DNA of 64,000 nucleotides from an uncultured Planctomycetaceae bacterium (GCA_963833985.1 CAWIAD010000001.1:64001-128000); one strand, 5' to 3'; numbered from the stretch's first letter, positions 42,662 to 54,576 are shown. Notes: generated by a model not told the origin, from the sequence alone. Translations and numbers: made by a program.

Positions 42662-44865
42662 ATGCATACGCCTTTGAATGTATTCGCGTTCGTGGCCATC
42701 TCTTCGGCTGCCTTTGCTGCCCAGGACCTGCCCGTGGGGAGTGCCCCTCCGCCACTTCCATTCGACCACTTTCCCGGCCGGCTCGAGGCCGTGGTCTGGC
42801 GCAACTGGCAGCTTGTGCGGCCGCCGATCCTGGCAAGAGTGCTCGGGGCCAGCGAAGGGCAGATCCGGCAGATGGCCGCCTCCATGGGCCTGCCGCCCGC
42901 CGGGGACGTTCCAGCGGACCTGGCGCCGCGGGCGTACATCACGGTACTGCGCCGCAACTGGCATCTTCTGCCCTACGAGCAGCTTCTGCCTCTGGTCGGG
43001 ATGACGCGTGCCGAGCTGGCCGAGTCGTTGCGCGAGGATGACTTCCTGTTCGAGAAGCTGGGGAATCTCAAGCCGCGCTGCGGCCCGGTGACTTATGTCG
43101 AGCCCGACGCGCAGGCTCGAAGCAGGGCCGCCGGGCTGAAGGCAATCGTCGAGGCTCGGTTCGGAGCCGCGATCCTCCGTCACGCCGAGCCGCGCTTCGC
43201 GTTTGGCGAGGCGCTCTCGAGGGTCCCTGACGGTTTCCAGCCCGCTTCCCGAAGGCCCGGCGAGGCGCCGCGCTTCCTTTACTCTTACTTCGGCAGCTAT
43301 GGCGACCCGCTGGCCGATGGTGCCCCGAACTCGTATCCCGACGGCTTGCTCGCGCGGCTCTCGGAATGCGGAGCCAACGGCGTCTGGCTGCACGCTGTCT
43401 TGCGGCAGCTTGCACCGGGAGGGCGCCACTTCCCGGAGTTCGGTGCGGGGCACGAGCAACGCCTGGCGAACCTGCGCCGGATTGTCGACCGCGCGCATCG
43501 ATTCGGCATCGACGTCTATCTCTACATGAACGAGCCCCGGTCGATGCCGGAAGCGTTCTTTGCCCGTCGGCCCGAGATGGCCGGCGTGCGCGAGAGCCAG
43601 CACCGGGCACTATGCACCAGCGATGCCAGGGTCCGCGACTGGATGAACGATGCACTGGCGGAGGTTTTCCGGGCCGTCCCCGGACTGGGCGGCGTGTTCA
43701 CGATCACGGCCTCGGAGAACCTGACAAACTGCGCGTCGCACGGCCAGCAGGCGGGATGTCCGCGCTGCAAGAGCCGGCGACCCGAGGAGATCCTTGCCGA
43801 GGTGAACGCCACGATTGCCGCGGGCGTGCACCGGGGTGATCCGAAGGCGAAGGTGCTCGTCTGGGACTGGGGCTGGCCCGGTCCCGAGGCGATCCGCCTG
43901 CTTCCGCCCGATGTCTGGCTGATGTCCGTCAGCGAGTGGTCGCTGCCCATCGAGCGCGGGGGAGTGAAGAACAGGGTTGCCGAGTACTCGCTCTCGGCAC
44001 CGGGCCCGGGCCCGGCGCCATCGCCCACTGGAAGCTGGCGCATGCGCGCGGTCTCAAGACGGCGGCAAAGCTCCAGATCAATAACTCCTGGGAGCTCTCG
44101 GCCGTCCCCTGGCTGCCTGTACTCGACCTGGTTGCCGAGCATTGTGCCGGCCTGGCCAGGCAAAAGGTTGATGGCGTCATGCTGAGCTGGTCGCTCGGCG
44201 GTTACCCTTCGCCGAACCTTCTGGTCGCGGAGCACTTCGCCCGCAACCCAGAAATGACGCCCGATGCAATCCTCGACGAGATCGCGGCCAGCCGCTACGG
44301 CGCGGCCCACGCGGCGCGGGTGCGCGCCGCGTGGAAGGCCTTCAGCACGGCCTTTCGCGAGTTCCCCTACGACGGCGCGGTGCTCTACAATGGGCCCCAG
44401 CAGGTCGGGCCCGCGAACCTGCTCTGGGCGCAGCCGACCGGGTACCGCGCCTCGATGGTCGGCTTTCCCTACGACGACCTCAACGCCTGGCGTGGACCGT
44501 ACCCCGCGGAGGTGTTCGCCAGCCAGTTCGAGAAGCTTTCGCGCGGCTGGCAAGGCGGTGTGGCCCAGTTGCAGGGCGTCCCGGGCGCGGTCGCCGCGGC
44601 CGACCTGAAACTGGCCCGAGCGGCCGGGCTGCACTTCGAGTCGGTCGCCAACCAGGCGCGATTCCTCATGGCGCGTGACGCCGGCCGGCGGGACGAGATG
44701 GCCCGCATCGCCCGACGCGAAGCCGCCCTCGCCCGTGCTCTCTACGACCTGACTCTCGACGACTCACGGATCGGCTTCGAAGCGTCCAACCAGTATTACT
44801 ATCTGCCGCTGGACCTCGTGGAGAAAGCGGTGAACTGTGAGCTGATCGTGAAGGCCAGCCGTTGA
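42662..44865 (+). CDS. Exported hypothetical protein (possibly glycoside-hydrolase-like barrel), frameshift ~44010
   Basis: Signal peptide; GANGVWLH, YLYMNEP, ASENLTNC, WDWGW; continues in ORF 43936..44865. Confidence 0.7.
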
Positions 44866-45076
44866 TCCCGGCCAGCGCTGCTTGACTGCGGTGGCTCGGC
44901 CGCATCCGGAAAACCGCGCGCGAAGGGTTGTCGCCTTCCTCATGGGCGTGGCCTTCGCGACAGACTCTGGAAGCCTCGGAATGAAAGTTGCAGACGGTTT
45001 TGCCCATCGCTGATGGGTGCGTCCAGGCCATTCATCGATCGATTATTAAAAGACATAGAAGTAGCTTCATTTCTGG

Positions 45077-45105
45077 TTGACTGAGATTCCAGGCGTGACA
45101 ATAAT
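45077..45105 (+). promoter_or_regulatory. Sigma70-like promoter
   Basis: TTGACT-17 bp-AATAAT preceded by an AT-rich tract (45030-45075). Confidence 0.5.
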
Positions 45106-45647
45106 CGCTCGACGGATCGAACCTGGGGATGAAGGACTCCCCCCCTTCCAGACGTGCCTCGCTTCTGCTCGATCGCCTTCTTGTCAAACCTCGGGGGTCA
45201 TGCAACCAGGGCAGCGATGACTGTCAGCGTTCGGGCTCTGCCTGAACCAGAGGCTCACTCGCGGTCTCCACCGCGGACCGACGCGAACCAGCAAACCAGC
45301 GGCAGCGGACGGACTGCGCAGCGTCTCTGAGATTGCGTGCGGAGATCGTCACCTTCCAGGAACCGAAAGGATGTTCCCTCAAGGAAGCGACCTGGCAGGA
45401 AAGGGGATGCGCAACCAGTTGCCTGGCACTATGCGGGACATGGCTCTTCGGCCTTCTTTCTGAGGGCCGCCCCGGTTGTTTCTCGGCAGGCGCGCGAACC
45501 AAGCGCGGAGCGGACGCCGCTCCGAGCCGGTGCATCGTGCGCGCACGCAGTTGGCTGACGTCTCGGAACGTTCGCTCCACGATCGGACCGTGAGAAACTC
45601 CGAGACCATTTGACGTGATTAATCACCGTACAGGGAGCCTCAGGTTC

Positions 45648-47159
45648 ATGAGCAAGACGTATCTCTTCACCGGGTCCTTGGTCGCACTGGGGCTGACGGC
45701 GGTCGCCACTTTGACCTTGCTGTCCTTTCCAAGAGACACGCCGGCGCAGGCGCAGCAGGTCACGCCGTTCGTATTCTACCCGCCCTTGCCGCCGCCGAAG
45801 AAGCCGCCCAACATGGTCAAGCTGAGCACCGTGGAGCAGCTTGGCAAGGACATCATCTACGACACCAGCCTGTCCGATCCACCGGGATATGCCTGCGCCA
45901 CTTGCCACGTTCAGGAGACGGGTTTCACCAACCCGCTCTCCGTGGTCAACCTGGGCGCCGGGACCTCGCCCGGGGTGGTCCCGGGCCGGGCCACCAACCG
46001 TCGGCCGCAGTCCTACGCTTACGCGGCCTTCAGCCCGGTCGGACCCTACTATGACGCGACGTTTGCACAGGCCTACGTGGGCGGCGATTTCTGGGATGGC
46101 CGCGTCCCCGACCTTTCCGGCCAGGCCAGGCAGCCGTTCGTCGACCCCAACGAGATGGCCAATATTCCCACCAATGGCATCTATCCGCCACCGTCAGGCG
46201 GGTATTCTTTGCGGGTCGTCGAGCAAGTCCGGAAAGCACCTTACGCCCGGCTCATGAAGAGGATCTTCGGCAAGGATGTGTTCACGAAGTACACCGTCCC
46301 TCAACTGTACGAGATCATCACTCAGGCCGAGGCGGCCTACGAGTCCTCGGGCGAGGTCTGTCCCTTCAGCTCGAAGTTCGACGCCTCGATGTTCGGCGTT
46401 CCACCGCAGACCAAGTACATCCTCACGGCCTCCGAACTCAGGGGCATGGATCTCTATTTCGGCAACTATGTCAGACCCGACGGGACACCCGTCAACGCCC
46501 ACTGTGCGGAGTGCCATTCGTCTTCGATGTTCCCTCCCGTGTCCGCGATGACCAACGGCAAGGACACCTTCACCATGTACTGCTTCGCCAACATCGGTGT
46601 CCCCAAGAACTACGGAAACCCCTACTTGCAGATGACCGACTGCGCCAGCAACCCGCATGGCTGCAACCCTATGGGAACGGCGTATGTCGACTACGGACTG
46701 GGCGCGAACCCGAACCCCGCCCCCGACGGCACGAAGTTCTACAACAGCACGCCGGGTGATATTCCCCAGTATCGCGGGCTCTTCCAGGCACCGACGACAC
46801 GCAACGTCGACAAGCGGCCGAACCCTGGGTTCGTCAAGGCTTACATGCACAACGGCGTCTTCAAGAGCCTGAGCGAGGTCGTTCATTTCTACAACAAGCG
46901 AAACTGGGCGATGAACCCCCATGGCGCCACGGTGGTCTTCAACCTCGTCGCGGGCCCGCCCGCGGGCTACACGCCGCTCTTCGCGCCGCCGGAGGTCATG
47001 GACAACGTCAACAATGTGCAGGGGTCACGCTCGAACACGCCCGGAATCGCCCAGGTCGGCAACCTCGGCCTGACCGATTCCGAGGAGCAGGACCTCGTCA
47101 ACTTCCTGACGACGCTCTCCGACGGCTACACCGCACCCAACCCGGTGGGCAGCGATTGA
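45648..47159 (+). CDS. Di-heme cytochrome c peroxidase (CcpA/MauG family)
   Basis: CATCH and CAECH heme motifs, FWDGR, PTTRNV, YMHNG; signal peptide; GGGAG RBS. Confidence 0.9.
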   Translation: MSKTYLFTGSLVALGLTAVATLTLLSFPRDTPAQAQQVTPFVFYPPLPPPKKPPNMVKLSTVEQLGKDIIYDTSLSDPPGYACATCHVQETGFTNPLSVVNLGAGTSPGVVPGRATNRRPQSYAYAAFSPVGPYYDATFAQAYVGGDFWDGRVPDLSGQARQPFVDPNEMANIPTNGIYPPPSGGYSLRVVEQVRKAPYARLMKRIFGKDVFTKYTVPQLYEIITQAEAAYESSGEVCPFSSKFDASMFGVPPQTKYILTASELRGMDLYFGNYVRPDGTPVNAHCAECHSSSMFPPVSAMTNGKDTFTMYCFANIGVPKNYGNPYLQMTDCASNPHGCNPMGTAYVDYGLGANPNPAPDGTKFYNSTPGDIPQYRGLFQAPTTRNVDKRPNPGFVKAYMHNGVFKSLSEVVHFYNKRNWAMNPHGATVVFNLVAGPPAGYTPLFAPPEVMDNVNNVQGSRSNTPGIAQVGNLGLTDSEEQDLVNFLTTLSDGYTAPNPVGSD

Positions 47160-47162
47160 AGT

Positions 47163-47311
47163 TCCAGGGCGGTTTTCACCTGGATCGCAGACTGAGACCG
47201 GGGGGCAGGCATTCCTGCCTGCCGGAGCAGGCCTGCCCTGGCAGACAGGAATGTCTGCCCCCCCTTCCAAAACTCAAAAGCTGCCTGCAACCCTCAGAAA
47301 ACCGCCCTGGA
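47163..47311. mobile_element. MITE-like element (15-bp perfect terminal inverted repeats) enclosing a REP doublet
   Basis: tccagggcggttttc (47163-47177) / gaaaaccgccctgga (47297-47311); inner inverted pair ggggcaggcattcctgcctgcc / ggcagacaggaatgtctgcccc at ~47200-47263. Confidence 0.65.
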
Positions 47312-47332
47312 TGGATCCTCGCCTCCTGGAAT

Positions 47333-47385
47333 GTGGGCCAGTCGCCCTCGGCTGGCTCAGGACGGCCGAGGGCGGCCATCCCCAC
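47333..47385. repeat. REP-like inverted doublet
   Basis: gtgggccagtcgccctcggctggc ... gacggccgagggcggccatccccac form an imperfect inverted pair. Confidence 0.5.
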
Positions 47386-47511
47386 TTTCCCTCTTACGGG
47401 GAGCTATTCAGAACTCGGTCATGATCGAGCAGCGTCAGTGCGCAGGCCCTGGTAAGGCAGGCGAGGGAACGAGCCCCGATACCTCGCGCGGCCTGCCAGG
47501 GCCGGCCCACA

Positions 47512-48264
47512 TCATCCGTCGCGCCGCACCCGATAGAGCAGTCCCCGCGCGGACTGGTCCTCGTCACGTCGCGCCGTGACTTCCAGATTCTCCACGGTGC
47601 AGGTCAACCCGCGCGATGCAAGGGCCGCGGTGAATCCCTCTGCCGAGCTCCGGCCCGGGCAGGCGATCAGGCCCATTCCGCCCGGCTCGAGCATCCGCTC
47701 GAGCAGGCCGGCGACCAGGGGCACGAGCCTGCGCTCGTAAAGCACGTCCGAGCCGAGGATCACGGGATAGGTGTCGCTGGGCGGATCGCGCCAGTCCAGG
47801 ACCCGAGTGCTGTACCAGGCGGGATCAAAGCCGTTCTCCCGCGCGCTCTGCCGCACAAAATGCAGGGGGGCGTCGTCGTAGTCGCTGAAACAAACGGTCA
47901 GTCCGCGGTCAACCGCAACCAGTCCGGCCAGGCCGACGCCACAGCCAATCTCGAGCGCACGCGTCCGCCCGATGGAATCCTGCCGGACCGGCCAGGTCTG
48001 TCGCGCCACGCTCTCGGCCAGCAGGACCGCGCCTGGCCAGACATAGGCCCAGTACGGCATGTAATCGTCGCGACGGTTCCAGCTCTGCACCAGTGGGTCA
48101 TCAAGCAGCCGGTCAGGGTCGGCGGGACGGACCAGGCGAATCGGCCGTCCGCGGAACTCCATCTCCGTGACAGTCACCGGCCCGCGATACGCGCTACGTG
48201 CTGCCGCGGCTTCATCCGGTTCTGGCGTGGTTGGAGCTGGCGATTGCAAGGTGGCCTGCTTCAC
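47512..48264 (-). CDS. Class I SAM-dependent methyltransferase (lysine methyltransferase-like family)
   Basis: MPYWAYVWPGA, LEIGCGVG, SDYD, LDW, ILGSDVLYE; GTG start overlaps the upstream stop. Confidence 0.85.
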   Translation of the reverse strand: MKQATLQSPAPTTPEPDEAAAARSAYRGPVTVTEMEFRGRPIRLVRPADPDRLLDDPLVQSWNRRDDYMPYWAYVWPGAVLLAESVARQTWPVRQDSIGRTRALEIGCGVGLAGLVAVDRGLTVCFSDYDDAPLHFVRQSARENGFDPAWYSTRVLDWRDPPSDTYPVILGSDVLYERRLVPLVAGLLERMLEPGGMGLIACPGRSSAEGFTAALASRGLTCTVENLEVTARRDEDQSARGLLYRVRRDG

Positions 48265-48842
48265 ATCTCGATGAGTGGAACGAATCGCCGCAAACGTTCG
48301 CTGAGGGTGTCGGCCAGGAGTGCGGGCTCGGTAAAGACCTGGTCGGGGCTCGTTTTCAGTGCGAAAGCCGTCGCTTCCTGTCCCAGGTTGACGCGCAGCA
48401 GGCCGAGCGGAACCGCGCGGAAGCGACGCAGCGACCCCGCCAGAACCTTGGCGAGCACGGCGTCGTCGCCGGGGCCGACCGGCTCGGGCGTGAGAATCAA
48501 CCCCGTCAGGCCGATCGTCAGGCCCTTCCAGGGCGGAAACCGCTGGCTCGCCGCCTGGGCCAGGCGCTGGAGGAGCTTTGCGTAACCGGATTCGGAAAGC
48601 TCCACATCCACCGGCTGGCGCACGACGGCAACCAGGCTGACCGCCCGCCCGAAAAACGGCAAAGCGCTGTATCGCACGCTCCGGCGATAGTAGCGCAGCA
48701 CATCCAGCGGAGGCGTGCGAAACTCCTCGCCGGGCTCCAGCACGGCACCCGCCCCGCGCAGCACGGGGTCGATCCACTCGAACAACCGCTCTTCAAGCAC
48801 GGGGACGTCGTCTCCGGGGCCAGGTGGGGTCCCAACAGCCAA
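48261..48842 (-). CDS. Hypothetical protein
   Basis: Protein-like 193-aa ORF translationally coupled to the methyltransferase. Confidence 0.65.
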   Translation of the reverse strand: MAVGTPPGPGDDVPVLEERLFEWIDPVLRGAGAVLEPGEEFRTPPLDVLRYYRRSVRYSALPFFGRAVSLVAVVRQPVDVELSESGYAKLLQRLAQAASQRFPPWKGLTIGLTGLILTPEPVGPGDDAVLAKVLAGSLRRFRAVPLGLLRVNLGQEATAFALKTSPDQVFTEPALLADTLSERLRRFVPLIEM

Positions 48843-48951
48843 TCAGGGCGTTAGAATCCAGGTTGCAGCCAGAAGCCAGGATGCACAGGGGAAGAGCGTC
48901 AGAGAAATGCCTCCTCGCCTCCCTGCGCCCTCGTAGCAAGGTTCACACCTG

Positions 48952-49659
48952 ATGGAAATGGCAATGGATCTGTCGCCCCGCCCGGCGGCCGCGTCGCGTG
49001 TCAGCCTGTCGATCATCATCATGCCCGAACAATCCAACCCTTACGGGACCATGCACGGAGGGGTCATGCTCCGGCTGGCCGATGAGTGCGGAGCGATCGC
49101 CGCGCTGCGGCATGTGGGGCACGGCCAGATCACCACGGCCGCGATCGATTCGATGATCTTCCTCGGCCCGGTCCAGGTGGGCGAGCGCGTCGAGGTGACC
49201 GCCGAGGTCACCGCTGTGGGCCGATCGTGGATCGAGTCGCGCATCGAGATCTTCGCCGAGCCCCTGGCGCGCATCGGCAGGCGCAAGGTGGGCGTGGGAT
49301 ACGGCCTGTACGTCGCGCTCGATGACCGGGCTCAGCGCCACGAGCGGGTACCGCCCCTGCTCACCGAGACGGCCGCCGACCATCGTCGCGACGAGGCGGC
49401 CCGCGCGCGCCAGGCCGTGCGTCTTGCCCGCCGCGCTGAGGCTCTTGCCGAGCAGGAACAGGCGGACACCTGCGCCCCGGGCCGGCCGGAGACCATCATT
49501 CCCCGGCGACCGGCTGCGACGCTTCTCTTTCGGCCGACACGGTGGAGACGGCCCCGGGGATCTCGAACTTCGGCACCGACGCGTCGCTGTAAACCGCCTC
49601 ACCGTGCGGCTTGTCCTCGTGGTGTCTGGGCGTGCTCTGGTACGAGGAGTAGCTGCTGA
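48952..49659 (+). CDS. Acyl-CoA thioesterase (hotdog fold, YciA-like)
   Basis: NPYGTMHGGVMLRLADECG, TAAIDSMIFLGPV, YVALD. The tail after ~49470 overlaps tatA and is probably artefactual. Confidence 0.82.
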   Translation: MEMAMDLSPRPAAASRVSLSIIIMPEQSNPYGTMHGGVMLRLADECGAIAALRHVGHGQITTAAIDSMIFLGPVQVGERVEVTAEVTAVGRSWIESRIEIFAEPLARIGRRKVGVGYGLYVALDDRAQRHERVPPLLTETAADHRRDEAARARQAVRLARRAEALAEQEQADTCAPGRPETIIPRRPAATLLFRPTRWRRPRGSRTSAPTRRCKPPHRAACPRGVWACSGTRSSC

Positions 49660-49831
49660 TGGCGCCGCCGGAGCCGTCGTCCAGCCCCTCGGCAACGCCG
49701 CTGAGACCCTTCTTGAACTCGATGATACCCTTGCCCAGAGAACGTCCAACCTCGGGAAGCCGCTTACCAAAAAGCAGCACGGCGACGCCCATCACGATGA
49801 GCATCTCGAGCAGGCCAAGCTGTGGAAGCAT
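49496..49831 (-). CDS. tatA: Twin-arginine translocase TatA/E subunit
   Basis: EMLIVMGVAVLLFGKRLPEVGRSLGKGIIEFKKG. Confidence 0.9.
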   Translation of the reverse strand: MLPQLGLLEMLIVMGVAVLLFGKRLPEVGRSLGKGIIEFKKGLSGVAEGLDDGSGGAISSYSSYQSTPRHHEDKPHGEAVYSDASVPKFEIPGAVSTVSAEREASQPVAGE

Positions 49832-49875
49832 ACGCGGATCTCCAGTGGGCCAGATGGGATGCGGAGACACGAAGG

Positions 49876-50088
49876 TCACGGGCCGGGCGGGGTGGTCTTC
49901 TTGTCCGCGGTCACCGCCTGGTCAATCTCGTCCTCGATCCCCGCGATGCCTTTCTTGAATTCGGTCACGCTTTTTCCCAGCGAACGCATCACGCTGGGCA
50001 AGCGGTTGCCGAACATGAGGAGTGAGACGAAGGCCACCACCAGCAATTCCGTCGTGCCGATGTTCTGCAAGAAGGCAAAAGGCATCAT
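49876..50088 (-). CDS. tatA: Twin-arginine translocase TatA/E subunit
   Basis: GTTELLVVAFVSLLMFGNRLPSVMRSLGKSVTEFKKG. Confidence 0.9.
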   Translation of the reverse strand: MMPFAFLQNIGTTELLVVAFVSLLMFGNRLPSVMRSLGKSVTEFKKGIAGIEDEIDQAVTADKKTTPPGP

Positions 50089-50224
50089 GAATGAGCTCCT
50101 GGTCACTGCGGCGCGGCTGGGCGCCTGGTCGTTTCGTTCGGTCCAAGGGGGTCAAGGGATGCGCGAAGGCCGCACCGGTCTGGGTGAAGGGGCACGGAAA
50201 AGCAAAAGCCCGTCGCGCGCTGCG

Positions 50225-50548
50225 TCAGGGCAGCAGCGTGGCGGCGGAGCCTTTGAGGATGACGGCTCGGGCGATGATCAGGGCGGCCACCGCGGTGGCT
50301 GCCAGGATGGTCAGGAACCAGTAGAATCGGGGCCCACGCGTGAGGAAGGCTCCGGGAATGCGCGAAGGCCGGGTGCCGGCTGCGGCAACCTGGGCCGTCC
50401 CCGCCGGCATGCGCCGGGCCGATGTCCGGCGAACTGGAGAGAGCCAGGGCAGGACGGTCCGCGCCTGGCGGCTCTTGAGCACGCCCGTCCTCCCGTAGAG
50501 CACCAGCACCACCCCGGCGATGATGAACAGTTCCCGTAACCCGATCAT
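50225..50548 (-). CDS. Small membrane protein with TatA-like N-terminal helix and a second TM
   Basis: MIGLRELFIIAGVVLVLYG; GGAG RBS; lacks the LP..LG..EFKKG amphipathic helix. Confidence 0.6.
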   Translation of the reverse strand: MIGLRELFIIAGVVLVLYGRTGVLKSRQARTVLPWLSPVRRTSARRMPAGTAQVAAAGTRPSRIPGAFLTRGPRFYWFLTILAATAVAALIIARAVILKGSAATLLP

Positions 50549-50863
50549 GATCTGCCGTCTCCAGGTTCCTGTTCTCAACCCCGAACCCGAAGTCCCGGCG
50601 GGTGATTGAGCTGGGAACCCCTGCCTCGGCGGCCGCGGACACTTCGGAATAGAGGGCTGCGGCGAGACCGCGATCCGCCAAGGGCCCTCCGGTGAGCTCG
50701 AGACTCAAGCTCGCCAGGCCTTGCTGTCCACGACCGATCTTGAAAGCCGATTCAGCCGCAAGCACGGGAATGACGTCGCGCGGGAAGGGAGGGCCGACAG
50801 CTCGGCGCCAACCGAAGGCCAAGGCGTCTCGACAGGGACGACGCGGGGTGGGTTGACATATTG

Positions 50864-50891
50864 ATCGTAACACCGGGGCCAGTGCTGTCAA
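50864..50891 (-). promoter_or_regulatory. Sigma70-like promoter facing the tatA cluster
   Basis: Minus strand TTGACA-16 bp-TACGAT. Confidence 0.45.
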
Positions 50892-50968
50892 TCAAATTCT
50901 CACCGGCCGGAAGCCGCGGAAGTCGCGAAGTTCCGTGCTCGTCACTCCGGGACGATGGTCGTCTCGAG

Positions 50969-51050
50969 TGCGAGAGGAGGGAGTTGAACCCTCACCCCTT
51001 GCGGGACAGGATCCTAAGTCCTGCGCGTCTGCCAGTTCCGCCACTCTCGC
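50969..51050 (-). tRNA. tRNA-Leu(TAG)
   Basis: Reverse complement GCGAGAGTGGCGGAACTGGCAGACGCGCAGGACTTAGGATCCTGTCCCGCAAGGGGTGAGGGTTCAACTCCCTCCTCTCGCA; long variable arm. Confidence 0.95.
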
Positions 51051-51139
51051 GAAACGCCGGGGGCAATGACTCTCACTGCCGCCTGACGAACGTGTATCCT
51101 ATCAGAGACAGTACCCACGCCAACAGGTTCGATGCTCCC

Positions 51140-52853
<1,714 letters not shown>

Positions 52854-53067
52854 CGCGGCGAGCATTGCATTCATGTTTCGCGACATGCGGCGGATTCTTG
52901 TTGCCAGGAACGGGCACACAGGGAACAATGCGCTCAAGGTAAGGGACGGAGCAGATTGCGGTTCTTTGAGCTTTTCAGCCGCCTCAGGCGTACAATACAG
53001 ATGTGAACTGCGAGCGCGGTGTCAGTTTGACGCGCTCCGGCCGTATTGAATCGAGGAGATTTTCAGA

Positions 53068-53826
53068 GTGGCCACCAGCAACCCCGCTTTTTCTCAGGAC
53101 ATCTTCGCCGGATACCAGCAGGTTTACGGAGTCCCGCGCAGCACGGTAACAACCGTGCAGGGGACGATGTCCAAGACGTTCCTGCTGCTGGCGATCATGT
53201 CAGCCACTGCGCTCTGGGCGTTCCACGCCGTGGCGACGGATCAGCTTGAGTATGGAGCGATTCTTGTGGCCGGCATTGCCGGCTTCATCCTGGCCATGGT
53301 CACGATCTTCAAGCCCACCATCGCTCCCTGGACATCGCCGGTTTACGCGGCGATGGAAGGCGTCTTCCTGGGGTCCATCTCGCAGATCGTCGAGATGCGC
53401 TACGGCAAGGTCTATCCCGGCATCGCTCTCCAGGCCGTGATGCTCACGGCGGGGACCCTGCTGCTCATGATCTTCCTGTACGCCAACCGGATCATCCGGG
53501 TGACCGACCGTCTCAGATCCGGCGTCATCATGGCCACGGGCGCGCTTTGCCTCTTCTACATTTTGACCATGGTGCTGCGGCTCTTCGGCGTTGCCGTTCC
53601 GTTCGTGTTCAGCTCCAGCCCGATCGGCATCGGCTTCAGCCTGCTCGTCGTCGGCCTGGCGGCTTTCAACTTGCTGCTCGACTTCGACTTCATCGAAGAG
53701 GCCGCCCAGCGCGAGATGCCCAAGTACATGGAGTGGTACGGCGCCTTCGGGCTCATGGTCACGCTGGTCTGGCTTTATCTCAAGATGCTCCGTCTGCTCT
53801 CGAAGCTTGCCAACAACCGTAACTGA
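53068..53826 (+). CDS. Bax inhibitor-1/YccA-like membrane protein
   Basis: TSNPAF, NLLLDFDFIE, EWYGAFGLMVTLVWLY; GAGGAG RBS. Confidence 0.88.
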   Translation: MATSNPAFSQDIFAGYQQVYGVPRSTVTTVQGTMSKTFLLLAIMSATALWAFHAVATDQLEYGAILVAGIAGFILAMVTIFKPTIAPWTSPVYAAMEGVFLGSISQIVEMRYGKVYPGIALQAVMLTAGTLLLMIFLYANRIIRVTDRLRSGVIMATGALCLFYILTMVLRLFGVAVPFVFSSSPIGIGFSLLVVGLAAFNLLLDFDFIEEAAQREMPKYMEWYGAFGLMVTLVWLYLKMLRLLSKLANNRN

Positions 53827-53861
53827 TCCGCAAGCCGCACGTCCTGCTCACGGCAACTGCC

Positions 53862-54512
53862 ATGCTGCGCTGTTCCACCTCGCTCTGGTCCGCGGACCTC
53901 GCGGACCTGGGCGCGGAGGTCCGCCGCGTCGAGCCCTATTCCGAGCGGTTCCATCTCGACGTGGCCGACGGCCATTACGTACCGGCCTTGCTCTTCTTTC
54001 CAGACCTCGTCGCGGCCATTCGCAAGCACGCCGCGATCCCCCTGGAAATTCACCTCATGACCCGGAACCCACTGGCCTGGATCGGGGCTTTTTCCGATGC
54101 CGGGGCTGATGGGTTTATCATCTGCCTGGATGCGGCCGTGGATCTGCCGGTCGTACTGGATGCGGCCAGGGAACGCGGCAAGTTCGTTGGCGTTTCACTG
54201 CGAATCGAAGAAAGTGTGGAGCAGGTCGAACCGTACCTGGACCTTCTGGACCAGGTGACCCTTTTCGGTACGGAAGTCGGAATCAAGGGCGCCGCGATGG
54301 ATGCCCGCACGCCGGGGAAGGTGCGCCAGGCCCGGCAATCGATCGATCGCCGGGGGCTTGCCGTCGAAATTGAAGTGGACGGCGGCATCCGCCGCTCCAG
54401 CGTCCCGGCGCTGGCCGCCGCCGGGGCCGACTGGATTGTCCCCGGGTCGCTCATCTTCGGCGCGGATCCCGCGGAGGTCAGGCGCTGGCTGGCCACGCTG
54501 CCCTCATGCTGA
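53862..54512 (+). CDS. Ribulose-phosphate 3-epimerase family protein
   Basis: SLWSAD, HLDVADGHYVP, EIHLM, VDGGI, PGS. Confidence 0.85.
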   Translation: MLRCSTSLWSADLADLGAEVRRVEPYSERFHLDVADGHYVPALLFFPDLVAAIRKHAAIPLEIHLMTRNPLAWIGAFSDAGADGFIICLDAAVDLPVVLDAARERGKFVGVSLRIEESVEQVEPYLDLLDQVTLFGTEVGIKGAAMDARTPGKVRQARQSIDRRGLAVEIEVDGGIRRSSVPALAAAGADWIVPGSLIFGADPAEVRRWLATLPSC

Positions 54513-54576
54513 GCTGGCCCACCGGCGAACCTGTTTCCTTTGTGCCTGCCTCGCCCCAAGGCTTGCAGAGCGTCCG

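Noticed and set aside
44990..45030. c-di-GMP-I riboswitch-like words (GGACGCA, GGCAAA) on the minus strand
   Set aside because: The motifs are in the wrong order and the second stem is absent.
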